A stretch of DNA of 63,208 nucleotides, counting the filler, from Octopus bimaculoides (taxonomy: Eukaryota): assembly GCF_001194135.2 (NCBI RefSeq). It is 7 parts of 7 records of this genome, joined end to end, with 100 filler letters (N's around TTAATTAATTAA, not from the genome) between each part and the next. Parts side by side here need not be neighbours in the genome. Positions count along the whole stretch, not along the records: positions 36,660 to 54,829 come from NC_068982.1; positions 54,930 to 60,298 come from NC_068997.1; positions 60,399 to 63,208 come from NC_068983.1; 4 more parts are not named here. One strand, given 5' to 3'. Shown one piece after another: positions 48,621-61,978 of this stretch. Below the pieces are notes generated by a model. The model saw only the letters and a program-made list of their open reading frames with translations. It searched no databases and was not told the origin of the DNA. The first letter of the stretch is position 1. Each line of letters begins with the position of its first letter. The position numbers and the translations under genes are program-made.

Positions 48621-49105
48621 TTTCTACTCTAGGCACAAGGCCCGAAATTTTGGGGGAAAGGGCCAGTTGATTAGATCGACTCCAGTACGCAACTGGTACT
48701 CAATTTATCGTCCCCCTAGAAGATGAAATGCAAAGTCGGCTCGGCGGAAATTGAACTCAGAATGTAAAGACAGACGAAATACCGTTAAGCATTTCACCTG
48801 GCATGCTAACGTTTCTGCCAGCTCGCCGCCTTATAGTTATATTCAGATATTAAACTACTACCAACCTGCCTGCCTACCTACCTACTACAAACACAGACAC
48901 AAACAACAAACACATACATACATATATACATGACAGGCTTCTTTCAGTTTCCGTCAACCAAATCCACTCACAAGGCTTTAGTCGGCCCGAGTTCAAATTG
49001 AACCGAGGTCGACTTTGCTTTTCATCTTTTTGGGGTCGATAAATTAAGTACCAGTCGATTTAATAGACTGGCCCCTCCCCAATAATTTCTGACCTTGTTC
49101 CTAAA
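48621..49105. mobile_element. Family-B SINE pair in inverted orientation (48621-48832 minus, full; 48990-49105 plus, partial) separated by a family-C fragment (48930-48990 minus)
   Basis: The minus copy ends GCTCGCCGCCTT; the plus copy is GAGTTCAAATT...CCGAGGTCGACTTTGCTTTTCATC...GACTGGCCCCTCCCC. Confidence 0.88.
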
Positions 49106-50989
49106 ATATAACTAAATATTCAATCGATTACAATCTATCTTTACCCACTTCGTAACATTTATTAGAAACTTAACACAGAACGGTATGTTGTGCCGTTCTC
49201 TACCTCGAATATTACGATGCGAAACGACGAACTATATATTTAAAATGTTTGAATAGTTGCCTCTTACCAACTGGTATCGTCATCATCATAACATAAAACG
49301 AATTTATTTCATTGCGGGATGATTGATCTTATAAGTAGAGGCGACGGTGGTTCTTTGACATTCGGGCATTTATAAAGTTAATTAGATGTCGACGTGTACT
49401 CGATGCACTTCAGTCTGCATCCAAGACAGACTATTAATTCAGCTTAGAAAAATCATGATTATACTGTAGAGCATATTCATCCATCACATTCATTGGAATA
49501 CACCAATAAATATCAAACTCATAAATGCGTTTAAGATTTCATATTTATAAGTGAGGAAAGAGGAACTGTTGAAGTACATTGCTTTTCCAAAGAGAATTAA
49601 GGGATGCAGAAATATTGAGAAATTCAGTTCAGTGGACTCTTTTCACCAGAACAACAAATGTCATAACGATATGAGTTTTACAATAATAAATATTAAATCA
49701 ATATAGATTGGTCTCCTAGGAAACAGATCTTTGCGTTCTTGTTTTTTACTAAAATTTTAGATTATCGATTTATAAATTCATGGCTTTCAGATTAGGAACC
49801 AAACAACACTTTCTAATTATCATGACAGATACGCACGTACAAGAACGCCCGAACACACGCACACGCGCACACGCGCACACACACAAACAGATTCATGTAC
49901 ACAACAGTTATACATTTAAGCATATACTTCTATTTAATAAGTATCTATGTATATATGTATATGTGTGAATATGTACCTTACACATACATGTATACATATC
50001 TATATATATATATATATATATATATGACGTATATATAAATACGCACACACATATATACACACACATATACACACACACATATGTATATATATATTGTATG
50101 TATTAAGCAATGGGACACAAACAAAAGATCATGATTTGCATAAATATATAAGATAAACACGTATTAAATAAATATGAGATGTAATTTTGCAAGCTTGCAG
50201 TATTCATCATTTAGTGACGCTATTCTTTGAAGATGCTCTAAGTATCACAAAATGGAAATGAAATAAAATACACATATTTGAACAAATATACCGTTATATA
50301 AAAAAAACAAAAGTTATCGCTTTGAGCAGAAACGTCACACAAAGAGCTCAGCGGGTAAACAATGTAAGATTTATAATTCTCCTAAACTCAAGAACGATCT
50401 TCTGTAAATCAATATTTGTCTAAAAGATGTATTTTCACGGCACATTTTGTGAGACTGACTGTGAAATTCATACAAGTATATCAATATAAATTAGGTCCTG
50501 ATGTGAGGGACACACTGTTTTCATCTCAACGGTTTTTCGGGTCAGTGATAATTGTGATGAAGCTACCCGTCCAAGTATGACTTGGTTATTAAAAAAACAA
50601 TACGTATCTTATATTTTATTGTTATTTTCCTTACTTAATATTCCATTCATGTTACAATAATGTTTCTGTAAATTTTGATGTATCAGTTCACATTCGTATC
50701 ACCCTCCCGTATCTACGTGAATGTGCAAAGCGATACATATTTTAAGTATAAAGTTTTGCTTTGGAAAGTACAAACAGTCTCAATCTTGCTACACTTGTTT
50801 TTTGCATCTTACGTGTTTTTCTCAACGTTCTTATAGATTAACGAGTGTTCAAGCTTATTAATCTTTTCGCTTTTAAATGAATTATGTTGATACGTTATAT
50901 TTCGTTTTTGTATTGTATATTTTTTATGAAAAACCGTCGAAAATGAATTAGTCCTATACTGCTTTAATTCAATCGATACAGAATGTGTA

Positions 50990-51407
50990 GTGGTACTCCG
51001 TCGGTTACGACGACGTGGGTTCCAGTTGATCCAATCAACCGAAGCACTCCGTCGGTTCGGAACACTTGGGTTCCAGTTGATCCGATCAACGGAACAGCCT
51101 GCTCGTGAAATTAACGTGCAAGTGGCTGAGCACTCCACAGACACGTGTACCCTTAATGTAGTTCTCGGGGAGATTCGGTGTGACACAAAGTGTGACAAGG
51201 CTGGCCCTTTGAAATACAGCCTCAGCAGAAACAGGAGCAAAGTGTGAGAGGAAGTTCTGGTGAAAGGGTACAGTACGGTTCGCCACCACCCCCTACCAGA
51301 GCCTCGTGGAGCTTTAGGCGTTTTCGCTCAATAAACATTCACAACGCCCGCTCTGGGAATCGAAACCGCGTTCTCACTGCCCTAACCAGTGGGCCATTGC
51401 GCCTCCG
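50990..51407 (-). mobile_element. Family-A SINE with 11-bp TSD, internal head deletion and duplicated 3' end
   Basis: TSD CAGAATGTGTA at 50979-50989 and 51408-51418. The ~50-bp terminal segment (GCACTCCGTCGGTT...GGTTCCAGTTGATCC.ATCAAC) is present twice. Confidence 0.95.
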
Positions 51408-51589
51408 CAGAATGTGTAAACACGAATCGAAATTTAGAAATCAAGACGCGAGTTGGGAGATCGTTGGCACGCCGCTGAAAATACGTGAAGATACGTTCTG
51501 GATCCAGGAAATGATAATGGAACACGAAGCAATTTTCTGAAGTTCTAACGTTTTCAGCATTATAATAAGAATAAAATGTAGTAGAAGTA

Positions 51590-51661
<72 letters not shown>

Positions 51662-52098
51662 TATTGTTAACCAACAGACTCGATAAGGTAAACCTGATGT
51701 TGCATTTAATCAGCGTTTCGTATAAACAAAATTGTAGACTTAACGTCAAAAGTAACAGAACTTATATCATCAGTGTTCTTGTATTTATTTACATTCTTTC
51801 ACTGAGCATAGACCCAGGTGTGATAGGCAAAAGTTAATGAGATTTAGGGTTTTAGCGTCACCGAATTACTCAGGAAAAAAATCTTCGGGATCAACGAGAA
51901 GACGTCGTGTTACTGTGTGCTATGATACGCTCTGACGTAAACATATAAATTGTGATTATTTTTCTTTTCTTGCGGAAAGTAGCCGAATGAAAAGAGATAT
52001 GGCTGTTTCAAAAAAGAATATTGTTATTAAAAATAGAATATTTGCTTCAGTTGAACACAATAGAAATATATTGGCATTGTTTGTGAATGTTTTAGCGA

Positions 52099-52142
<44 letters not shown>

Positions 52143-53079
52143 GATTTTAGCATTAGCTAAATACTAAACGTGAATTACTTAGACTCCTTTCACAATAGAA
52201 ACACGCTTGTGGAGAGTTCGTGGTTCCAGGTTACGTTTCATATTGTATCCAAGAATAAACAAGTTATCAATCGTGATAATTTATTTCCGGTAAATTTTCA
52301 ATGATTACAAAGTAGTACTGAATAAACTTTGTATGTTAGCACTTTATTTAAATGAGATACGTCTATATTAGTCATTGTTAGCTCCGTCAACATTGTTTTA
52401 ACTGCGCTACCAGCAATTTTTTACCTTCTCTTATGAAAGCAAGTATGTTCATATTGAACACCTCCAACTTCCCGTTTCTTGCGCTATACACTGAAGCACA
52501 ACCGCGCATTCAAATTGCTGTGTCCTCAATAAAAATGCTTTCACACAGTTGGTATTCGTATTTTGAAGTTATGTTACAGTACAGAACATTGATGTACCGA
52601 ATTAAATAAATTATACAAATTAAGTTGAATTAAATGCAACATTTGACATAACAAATTCGCTTTTATTGGACAAGTCTTCTAACTTGAGATATCACAAGAC
52701 ACTCTTTAACTGCAGTTATAAACCAACGTTATATTTATAATTTCATTTTAATATACGTAGGTGGTGAATGTGCCATGGACAAATATAATGTAGTTGGCTA
52801 TTACTTGTTAAACGACATTACTTCAGCTTACGTACAATTTTTTACATGTAATTATATTCCTTTAGATATGGTGATCATACGCATTCAATTTATCGTGGTG
52901 ATTTTTAAGGATGTTTTTTATGAGTTGCAATTAAGCAGAGAAGTCAGTACAACGGTTGAATATTGATCCTATTAAATTATTATAACTTTCAAATACTTCC
53001 TTGTAACTAGTGGTTTCACCTAGGACGGAATAGTACGTACATACATACATACATACAAACATATAAACGTTTAAGTAAC

Positions 53080-53560
53080 TTGGTCAAAGTCTGGTCATAG
53101 GGTGACCAGTGGTTTCGCATTCACAAACGCTTTAGCATCGTGGACGTCTCTTCATTTCTGTGAGGCCCCACATATGGCTGGCCAGGGCTGTGACTAATCG
53201 TCTGTCCAGAATCCTGAAAGAGGACCTGTGGTAGTACAGGCGTTGCTCAAAGGCCGTCCCAGTTAACCTGATATATTTCCAGGCTTGGATGCTGGTTGTG
53301 CTCACATTACTGGTGCATTACATTACTTACATTACTCTTCGGTTGGCTCTGGGCCTGGAGATGTTGTGTCGATCGGTGTTGCTGGGGTAGCCATCAGTGC
53401 TGTTATCATTACGAGGTCTGGGTCCGACGATATCACGGTAGCTGCTGTCGCTCTGGCTGTTGTCGTTGTGGAGGCCGTCCTTGGCCTTTGCATTGGTGCT
53501 ACTGTCGCCGATAGTGATGTGTGTGCCGTCGTTGGTAATATTGTAATATTTATGAGTGTT
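53080..53560 (-). pseudogene. Penelope-like element GIY-YIG endonuclease remnant with upstream low-complexity linker
   Basis: WKYIRLTGTAFEQRLYYHRSSFRILDRRLVTALASHMWGL (53281 down to 53132) matches the PLE motif 'YIG.T...FK.R...H..SF.......T.LS.H.W.L'. An N/D/S/T-rich linker lies upstream. Confidence 0.8.
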
Positions 53561-53982
53561 AGCTATATATATATACATATATGCATATATATATTTATAT
53601 ATATATATATATATATATNNNNNNNNNNNNNNNNNNNNNNNNNNNNNNNNNNNNNNNNNNNNNNNNNNNNNNNNNNNNNNNNNNNNNNNNNNNNNNNNNN
53701 NNNNNNNNNNNNNNNNNNNNNNNNNNNNNNNNNNNNNNNNNNNNNNNNNNNNNNNNNNNNNNNNNNNNNNNNNNNNNNNNNNNNNNNNNNNNNNNNNNNN
53801 NNNNNNNNNNNNNNNNNNNNNNNNNNNNNNNNNNNNNNNNNNNNNNNNNNNNNNNNNNNNNNNNNNNNNNNNNNNNNNNNNNNNNNNNNNNNNNNNNNNN
53901 NNNNNNNNNNNNNNNNNNNNNNNNNNNNNNNNNNNNNNNNNNNNNNNNNNNNNNNNNNNNNNNNNNNNNNNNNNNNNNNNNN

Positions 53983-54031
<49 letters not shown>

Positions 54032-54795
54032 CACGCGCGTGTATAAAATTAGGGTGAAGATACGAAATAGTAATGAGCAGGGTGGGTCATAACTACCTGG
54101 AACATTCTCTATGATAATTATTTACATGAGGCGTCCCTGTTATATAAGATTTCTTTGTTACAAGAAAACATAAACTGCTTCTAGAAATAACTCAAACAAC
54201 ATCAGCCGAAGAAAAATTTTCTGGAGAGTAAAGATAATGCAACTTGTGTAGAGTGGATATTGAAAGTAGAGATGAGCATTAAGACTATCGATAAAATTGG
54301 GAAAGAATAACACATAAGTTGTGTGCGTGTATACACATATATGCATCGGTATGTATTATGTGTGTGTGCGTGTTTGTGTGTGTGTGTTATATTTTAATGT
54401 TTATGTGTAACTTATATTTAGAAGTCGATATGTATATAAATTTCCTGGAAACAGCCAATAAAACATTCTGTCGCTATTTCTGTGAAGCGTTTCGTCTACG
54501 AAGACCACCATAAAAATCAGCGTATTCACTAAGAATCTTATGCATTTATTTCATTTTATTTCATTAAGAGTTACTGACAATAACTAATGTTTAAAACTTG
54601 TACTCGAGATTTTCGCTATTAACAACCGTATACACAATTCCTAATGCACATGTACACAAACGCACACCCCATGTATAGATAGATATGCACACGCATATCT
54701 ATGAAGGTACAGGCATATCTATCTATTTATCTATCTATCTGTCTATCTCTATAAATACTCACACACACACACACATACACACACACACAGACGCA

Positions 54796-54829
<34 letters not shown>

Positions 54830-54929
54830 NNNNNNNNNNNNNNNNNNNNNNNNNNNNNNNNNNNNNNNNNNNNTTAATTAATTAANNNNNNNNNNNNNNN
54901 NNNNNNNNNNNNNNNNNNNNNNNNNNNNN

Positions 54930-54980
<51 letters not shown>

Positions 54981-55437
54981 CACATACATATACACATATG
55001 TTTATACATGCATGTATGTATGTATGTACAGCTAGGCATGACAATGAATTGAACAGAATGAAATAGTTAAATTATACAGCATTAGCAAGATACATATAAG
55101 TACATAAAATTTATATATTAGACTATGTACAGATTTTCTTTCTTTATTTATTAATCTTTACGTTAAGCGTATATCGAAGCAACACTTATTTTTAATGAAG
55201 ATATAAACGTATGATATTCAGTTTATCACTCCATACTACATACATTATATTGTATCACATCGTATTATAATAAATACTAAACAGAAAACAACCTGTGCAG
55301 ATAGTGTTGCCAGCAGCCAAGTAAGGAAAAAAAATAGGTTGCATCTTCAATTTTTATACATGTTCTTAGGAATTTCCAGCAATATAACGTCCAAGGAATA
55401 CAAGACGTGTTGCATGATATATCATTTATTTTTCCCT

Positions 55438-55469
<32 letters not shown>

Positions 55470-55644
55470 TTTCATTCACTCACTTACTCTCTTACTCTCT
55501 CTCTCTCTTTCTCTCTTTCCCTCTCCCTCTTTCTCTCACACACACGCTCTCTCACTCTCAATGAATAGGCAGTTATGTAAAAACGGACATGCCCACTCTG
55601 AAATATAATCGCATTTGCACACAAAACTATGCGTACCGACATGC

Positions 55645-55693
<49 letters not shown>

Positions 55694-55981
55694 TGTGTGT
55701 GTGTGTGAGTATGCACACACATATATACGGCGAGAGGTATTTGCGTGTTTATATGTATGTATATATGAATCTATCCACGTAAATAGATAGATAGAGAGAG
55801 GGAGAGAGAGAGAGAGAGAGACAGAGACAGACAGAGAGGCAGAGCCAGAGAGATAGATAGACAGACAGAGATAAATAAATAAATCGGCATATGGATCTAT
55901 ATGTACACAGTGAGTACATGTGAACATACACAAGATACATGTACACATTCTTACATACACATACACACACACACATATATT

Positions 55982-56017
<36 letters not shown>

Positions 56018-56076
56018 TATAATTATGTATATATACAAATATATGCAATACATACACCTATCCATATGCATATGTT

Positions 56077-56118
<42 letters not shown>

Positions 56119-56126
56119 TGTGTGTT

Positions 56127-56157
<31 letters not shown>

Positions 56158-56904
56158 TTCTGTGTGTTTCTGTGAACTTTTTTGGTCTAAGAAACCGACT
56201 TTTTCTAAATTTTATCTCACCTATTAAACTGTCCGGAAACACTTCAATTTTGTTCATTTCGTTGAAGGCTATGTTGCTAATGTTTTTTTTGTTTTTTTGT
56301 AAATACTATTTGTTTCGTTGCAAAATAATACTGAGATTATAACCTCCTATTGTGTCCGTAAAATCATGAGACCGAATTCTATTACTGGGTGAATCTGATA
56401 ATACAAGGTAAAAAAAAAATAAGACATAAAAAATAAACACCAAACTCCCGATAACATAGTAATCTTGCATAATGTAAATGTTTATAACTATTTTTTCCTA
56501 ACACTTGCCGGACACGTAATACATCTGCAACAGTGATGCATGTATAGATCGGTTCATGTAGATAGACTCTTCGAGAACCTATTCGAACGCCGCTTCCTCG
56601 CGGCTAAATAATAATAATAATCATACCGACTAATTTTCTAATGATTGCCTACATATTAATATATTAGCATGTTGCTTGTGCACATTAACTTATGGTGATG
56701 TGCAGTGGTGTACGAATAGTAACGACTAGAAATATTTATAAGCAGTCTAAAATATGGAAGTAATGAGTTCTGTAAACTTTTTCTAATGTTATTACTCACT
56801 TGATTTGAGGTGAATTATTTGGGACATAACCATCTAATATTATTTTGCAGGCGGGTGGGAAAGGGTGAGAAATGAATATATTGGTTTTTAAGCATAAACA
56901 ATAT

Positions 56905-57560
56905 TCTCTTCTACTCTACGTACAATGCCTGAAATTTTCGGGGAGGGGACCACTCGATTAGATCTATCCTAGTACGCAACTGATACTTAATTTATCGATC
57001 CCAAAAGGATACCTTATTCCTCAACGGAATAAGGCATAAACAATATTGTTTCATAGTTAAATGTTTTATTTATATATAATAAATTGAAACTGGTGTATCA
57101 CGTAAGATTTATTTTTTCTGTGTAGGAATTCACTCGATATTCTACCTGTACTAAAGCAGCCAGCTGGCAGAAACGTTAGCACGCCGGGCGAAATACTTAG
57201 CGGTATTTCGTCTGCCGTTACGTTCTGCGTTCAAATTCCGCCGAGGTCAACTTTGCCTTTTATCCTTTCGGGGTCGATAAATTAAGAACCAGTTATGCAC
57301 TGGGGTCGATGTAATCGACTTAATCCCTTCTTCTGTCCTTGTTTGTCCCCTCTATGTTTAGCCCTTCGTGAGCAATAAAGAAATAAGAAATGTTAGCACG
57401 CCGGGCAAAATGCTTAGCGGTATTTCGTTTTTCTTTACGTTCTGAGATCAGATTCCACGGAGGTTGACTTTGCCTTTCATTCTTTCGGGGTCGATAAATT
57501 AAGTACCAGTTCCGTACTGAGGTCGATCTAATCGACTGGCCTCCTCCCCAAAATAGAAAA
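56905..57560. mobile_element. Family-B SINE cluster: minus fragment (56905-57010), plus copy with alternative tail (57160-57390), second plus copy (57390-57560)
   Basis: CAGCTGGCAGAAACGTTAGCACGCCGGGCGAAATACTTAGCGG...; tail GTCCCCTCTATGTTTAGCCCTTCGTGAGCAATAAAGAAATAAG runs directly into a second ATGTTAGCACGCCGGGC head. Confidence 0.92.
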
Positions 57561-58168
57561 GAACATTCTACCTGCGCTATTAGTATATTTCTTAAAAAGT
57601 ACCGCCTGGTTTGAACGTGCGTAGACAGCATGGGCGAATAATAAAGAAGTTCATTTCGCCGTCGAGTGTTCTAGAATTCGATCCAACTGCGTGGCATTTT
57701 GCGGAAAATATTGATTTCAGTAGCCTCAGGAGTAAAACATATGATATAAAAATTGAGTAGGAAACTGTCTAGAAGTCATACGTATAGATTGTACCTGGAA
57801 TACAAAGGCCCGGCTTAAGACGTACTGTGTAACGGTCATCTTGCTTGAGAATTACGTTGAGTGCACGTGTATCTTTGGAATGCTTAGTGTGACACAACTC
57901 AAAGGCTGGGGGTTCAGTTGCGTGAATGACTCAACACATATATCCTCCTCCTCCTCCTCCTCATCATCATCATCATCATTTTTGAGCAATCGAAAATTTG
58001 CGGAGTATGCTTCTGTGGCCTGACCGCTGACTTAGGATCACAGAAGAGATCGGGTTGAATTTTTCTCAGTACAATTTTGTCAGTAGGATTGTGAAGAGGT
58101 GGAAGATGTGCGATGAAACTTATCGAAACAACATAGCAGACAGTGTGTGTGTGTGTCTGTGTGTGTGT

Positions 58169-58215
<47 letters not shown>

Positions 58216-59683
58216 TGTGCAAGTGTGTTCTGAGATATCTAAAATATATTGTTGTTGCAATATTTTGTCTCATGTTCAACCCAGGGCCTCAAAACAGAGT
58301 CCCGTGCCCAACGAGTACAACCTCGGAATAAAGTACTAAATGATTTGACTTCTATAGTACATAATGTTTAGATAAATATTTTCTTTTCTTTTTGTTTCTC
58401 AAACACTCTGTCAAATTTGCAAGTGAGCTTCATAGATTTTCAATAATCTTAAAGTAAATTTCATCATCATAACACGTTTAATTATGTACACAGGCCATCA
58501 ATCCGACTTAAAAAAGGAAAGTTTGATAAATATTTATTAGAATTAATTAAAAGAAACGAAGCGGTAAGAGAACGTAAGAAAATTTCCTACATATATAATC
58601 TTCATATTAGGATTAATGGTCCTTTACATGAAATGAAATTTATGTTCCATTTAAATGAGGTACATAAATGTTAGAGTAAACCAGACTGGTAAAGTTATAT
58701 GTTCGTCTGTTATATGTGTGAGTGTGCTTGTGGCTGTATGTTTAAATATATGTCTGCACACATATGCGTATGGATATATGTACTTATACATGTATACACA
58801 TGTAAATAGGTATACATATATATATATATATATATANNNNNNNNNNNNNNNNNNNNNNNNNNNNNNNNNNNNNNNNNNNNNNNNNNNNNNNNNNNNNNNN
58901 NNNNNNNNNNNNNNNNNNNNNNNNNNNNNNNNNNNNNNNNNNNNNNNNNNNNNNNNNNNNNNNNNNNNNNNNNNNNNNNNNNNNNNNNNNNNNNNNNNNN
59001 NNNNNNNNNNNNNNNNNNNNNNNNNNNNNNNNNNNNNNNNNNNNNNNNNNNNNNNNNNNNNNNNNNNNNNNNNNNNNNNNNNNNNNNNNNNNNNNNNNNN
59101 NNNNNNNNNNNNNNNNNNNNNNNNNNNNNNNNNNNNNNNNNNNNNNNNNNNNNNNNNNNNNNNNNNNNNNNNNNNNNNNNNNNNNNNNNNNNNNNNNNNN
59201 NNNNNNNNNNNNNNNNNNNNNNNNNNNNNNNNNNNNNNNNNNNNNNNNNNNNNNNNNNNNNNNNNNNNNNNNNNNNNNNNNNNNNNNNNNNNNNNNNNNN
59301 NNNNNNNNNNNNNNNNNNNNNNNNNNNNNNNNNNNNNNNNNNNNNNNNNNNNNNNNNNNNNNNNNNNNNNNNNNNNNNNNNNNNNNNNNNNNNNNNNNNN
59401 NNNNNNNNNNNNNNNNNNNNNNNNNNNNNNNNNNNNNNNNNNNNNNNNNNNNNNNNNNNNTATATATATATACATGTGCGTGTTTGTGTGTGTGTTTGTG
59501 CGTGGGTGGGGATGCATGCGATTGCGTTTGTGTGAGGTGTGTGTGCGTGCGTGTGTGTGTATGGATAATTGTGTGTGCATGCATATGTATATACATGGGT
59601 ACAAAACTTAGACAGACATCTAGTAATAGGGAAAATTCTTACATATATCTTACATATATCAATGTCGATATAAGTAGGTATTC

Positions 59684-59719
<36 letters not shown>

Positions 59720-60398
59720 TATATATTAATAAATGCATTCTTTTCCGTATATATTTTATCAATCTAGGGTTAAAATGTTTTAATGAGAAGATCTGTCATC
59801 CGTGGGTTCGCTGTTGCACTTTAAAACCCAGTAATACTTCGATTACTGGTTGAATTTTCAAGAGAAAAACGCTGAGTTCCTTATGTTTTAAATACTGTTG
59901 CTTGAATTTTGTCATGTATAAAACGAATTATGGTTTGATTAAAGAATTTAGTCACACAGCGTAATCCAAATTAAAAATTTACCGTACAGATATGCATACA
60001 CACGAACGTACACACACACACATACACACACACAATTACATATATATAGAGACGTTTACGCATATATAGTTATACATGCATTTATACGTGTGCACGTATA
60101 TATCAATGCATATATATATATACATGTGTGTGTATAGAAAGATATGTATATATATATATAATATAGATCGATCGATAGATAGATAGTTAGACACAGACAC
60201 AACCACAGATATATATGTGTGTGTGTGTGTGCATACATACATGCATATATATATATACATATATATACATATATATATACATATATATGTATATATATNN
60301 NNNNNNNNNNNNNNNNNNNNNNNNNNNNNNNNNNNNNNNNNNTTAATTAATTAANNNNNNNNNNNNNNNNNNNNNNNNNNNNNNNNNNNNNNNNNNNN

Positions 60399-60531
60399 AC
60401 TTATTTTATCGACCCCCGAAAGGATGAAAAGTCTGCATTAGCAGGATTTGAATTCAGAACGTAAAGAACTGGAAGAAACGCTGCTAAGCATTTTGTCCGG
60501 CGCACTAACAATTCTGCCAACTCACCGCCTT
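60399..60531 (-). mobile_element. Family-B SINE 5' part
   Basis: Ends AATTCTGCCAACTCACCGCCTT; truncated by the gap. Confidence 0.88.
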
Positions 60532-60828
60532 AAGTATTTACATTAATCAAATTTCCCTTGGCACCGATAACTAATTCAAATCTAATTTATTATTGATTTA
60601 CACTGAAATTTTATGATCGTCTCTTTTCTTCGCGCAAATTTTTGATATACACAGAAATTAACTTCAATTGTTATCACAGACACTAAAATTATTGTAATTG
60701 GTTTAATGTTTCTTAGCAACTTAGAAATAAATTACATTTCCTATCCATATATGAACAAGTTTTCCTTTCGTTACAAATATAGCATTCCAGACAATGTTTC
60801 TATTGGATGTTTGATTTTATTATTATTA

Positions 60829-61268
60829 CTAGCTAGCCCCGACCGTCATAAATGATGGCTAATTGTAGTATTTAATATATAAATAAGGTACAAAACCAAG
60901 TTTTTAGTTTAATATTTTTCTTATTACCAAATTTTTTGTGAAAATTTATCCGCAAATTAATATCCCTCGGCTGCTTGTTTCCTTCAAAAGAATCTCCCTC
61001 TTTCTTGTACGACTTAAGGCCACATAAAGCTGGCTGTGACTAAATATGGGAGCTGGCGAGTAAATACCAACTTTTTCGAAGTGACGTTTCCTTTCAATTG
61101 CACTCTCCTTTACTGAAACCAACCTAAACTCATACGATTTAAAGCCGCAAAAAGCGGTCCGTGACTTATAGTTGATGTTGTAAAAACTCCCTATCCAATA
61201 TTTATTAAATAAATTTCTTAATATGAAATAAATTAGGCACATGTACGAACTGTTAAATGTGTATTTAT
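60829..61268 (-). mobile_element. Helitron 3' end with PIF1-like helicase C-terminal motif, hairpin and CTAG terminus
   Basis: FEKVGIYSPAPIFSHSQLYVALSR (61080-61009) matches the Helitron/PIF1 motif 'KVG.YL..PVFSHGQLYVALSR'. Subterminal hairpin CCGTCAT-AA-ATGATGG (60843-60858), then minus-strand CTAG (60832-60829) followed by T. Confidence 0.9.
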
Positions 61269-61978
61269 AGGGGGTTCCTATAAGGTTGTTATCCACCCCT
61301 GATTGGAACTCTCCCGTATGACTTGCTTTAACAGTTGCAATCAGCTGAATGCACATTGCCAGTGACCTTTGACATAATTACCCACACTCTGTGGTCAGGA
61401 TTCTTTTTTTGGTTTGATGTCGGTATTGAAGGGATTACCAGACACCGGACAATACAGTGAGAGCAGCTTTCACTCACATCGTGGTATTCGATGCTGTGTA
61501 CGTGTCTGTCGTGGTAAAATATGCCACTCCTTAACTATCGCTTTGCCTTCATCCGTAGCACGAGGTAATTATGTCATTATCTGTGAAATTCGGCAACTTA
61601 CAAAGATCTTTAGATCAGGCAATACTTCACCGAGAGGAGATATAAGCTTCTGCTTATTCCTGTCTGAAGTATCGTCCGATACTTCAGACTTATCGTCCGA
61701 TGAATTTACTTTGTTGACATTCTTCATCGACAGAATTTTTATTCCTTTCAACCTTTCAGTGAAGTCCGCCTTTCTTCCAATAACATACTGTCCATATAAC
61801 CTTAAATATTTCTTTAACTCAGGCACAGTAAGTACTTCGATAGCTGAATCATAAAGCTGCTTTATATCCATGATAAGACGTAAAACAATAACAATGTCGT
61901 GGGTAGTCTCCGGAAGTTTAATTATCTACATGGAGCGCCGCCTAGCCAAGGGAGATAACCTACTTATAGGAAAGCCCT
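61269..61978. mobile_element. 710-bp TIR DNA transposon derivative (ISL2EU/Harbinger-group-like) with AT TSD
   Basis: Inverted end regions 61265-61293 and 61954-61982 are 24/29 identical (this comparison includes the AT TSD and 2 flanking nt on each side). Termini AGGG...CCCT flanked by AT (61267-61268; 61979-61980). Empty-site paralog TTTATAATAT at 62797-62806. Confidence 0.8.
61328..61871 (-). pseudogene. SAP domain + SWIM-type zinc-finger protein, frameshifted and truncated
   Basis: LTVPELKKYLRLYGQYVIGRKADFTERL (61832-61749) is SAP-like. After frameshifts: LPNFTDNDI / NYLVLRMKAKR*LRSG...CIVRCLVIPS...PDHRVWVIMSKVTGNVHSADCNC*, giving the first CxC of a SWIM finger at 61339-61331. Internal stop at 61535-61537. 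Confidence 0.8.

Noticed and set aside
50809-51540. ORFs 50809-51240, 50990-51247 and 51244-51540 as genes
   Set aside because: They are translations of the family-A SINE; the same peptide appears at 61964-62503.
4530-60260. Long ORFs in the track rich in X, HT/CV, YI, LS or poly-amino-acid runs
   Set aside because: Produced by N gaps and di-/trinucleotide microsatellites; no coding signal.
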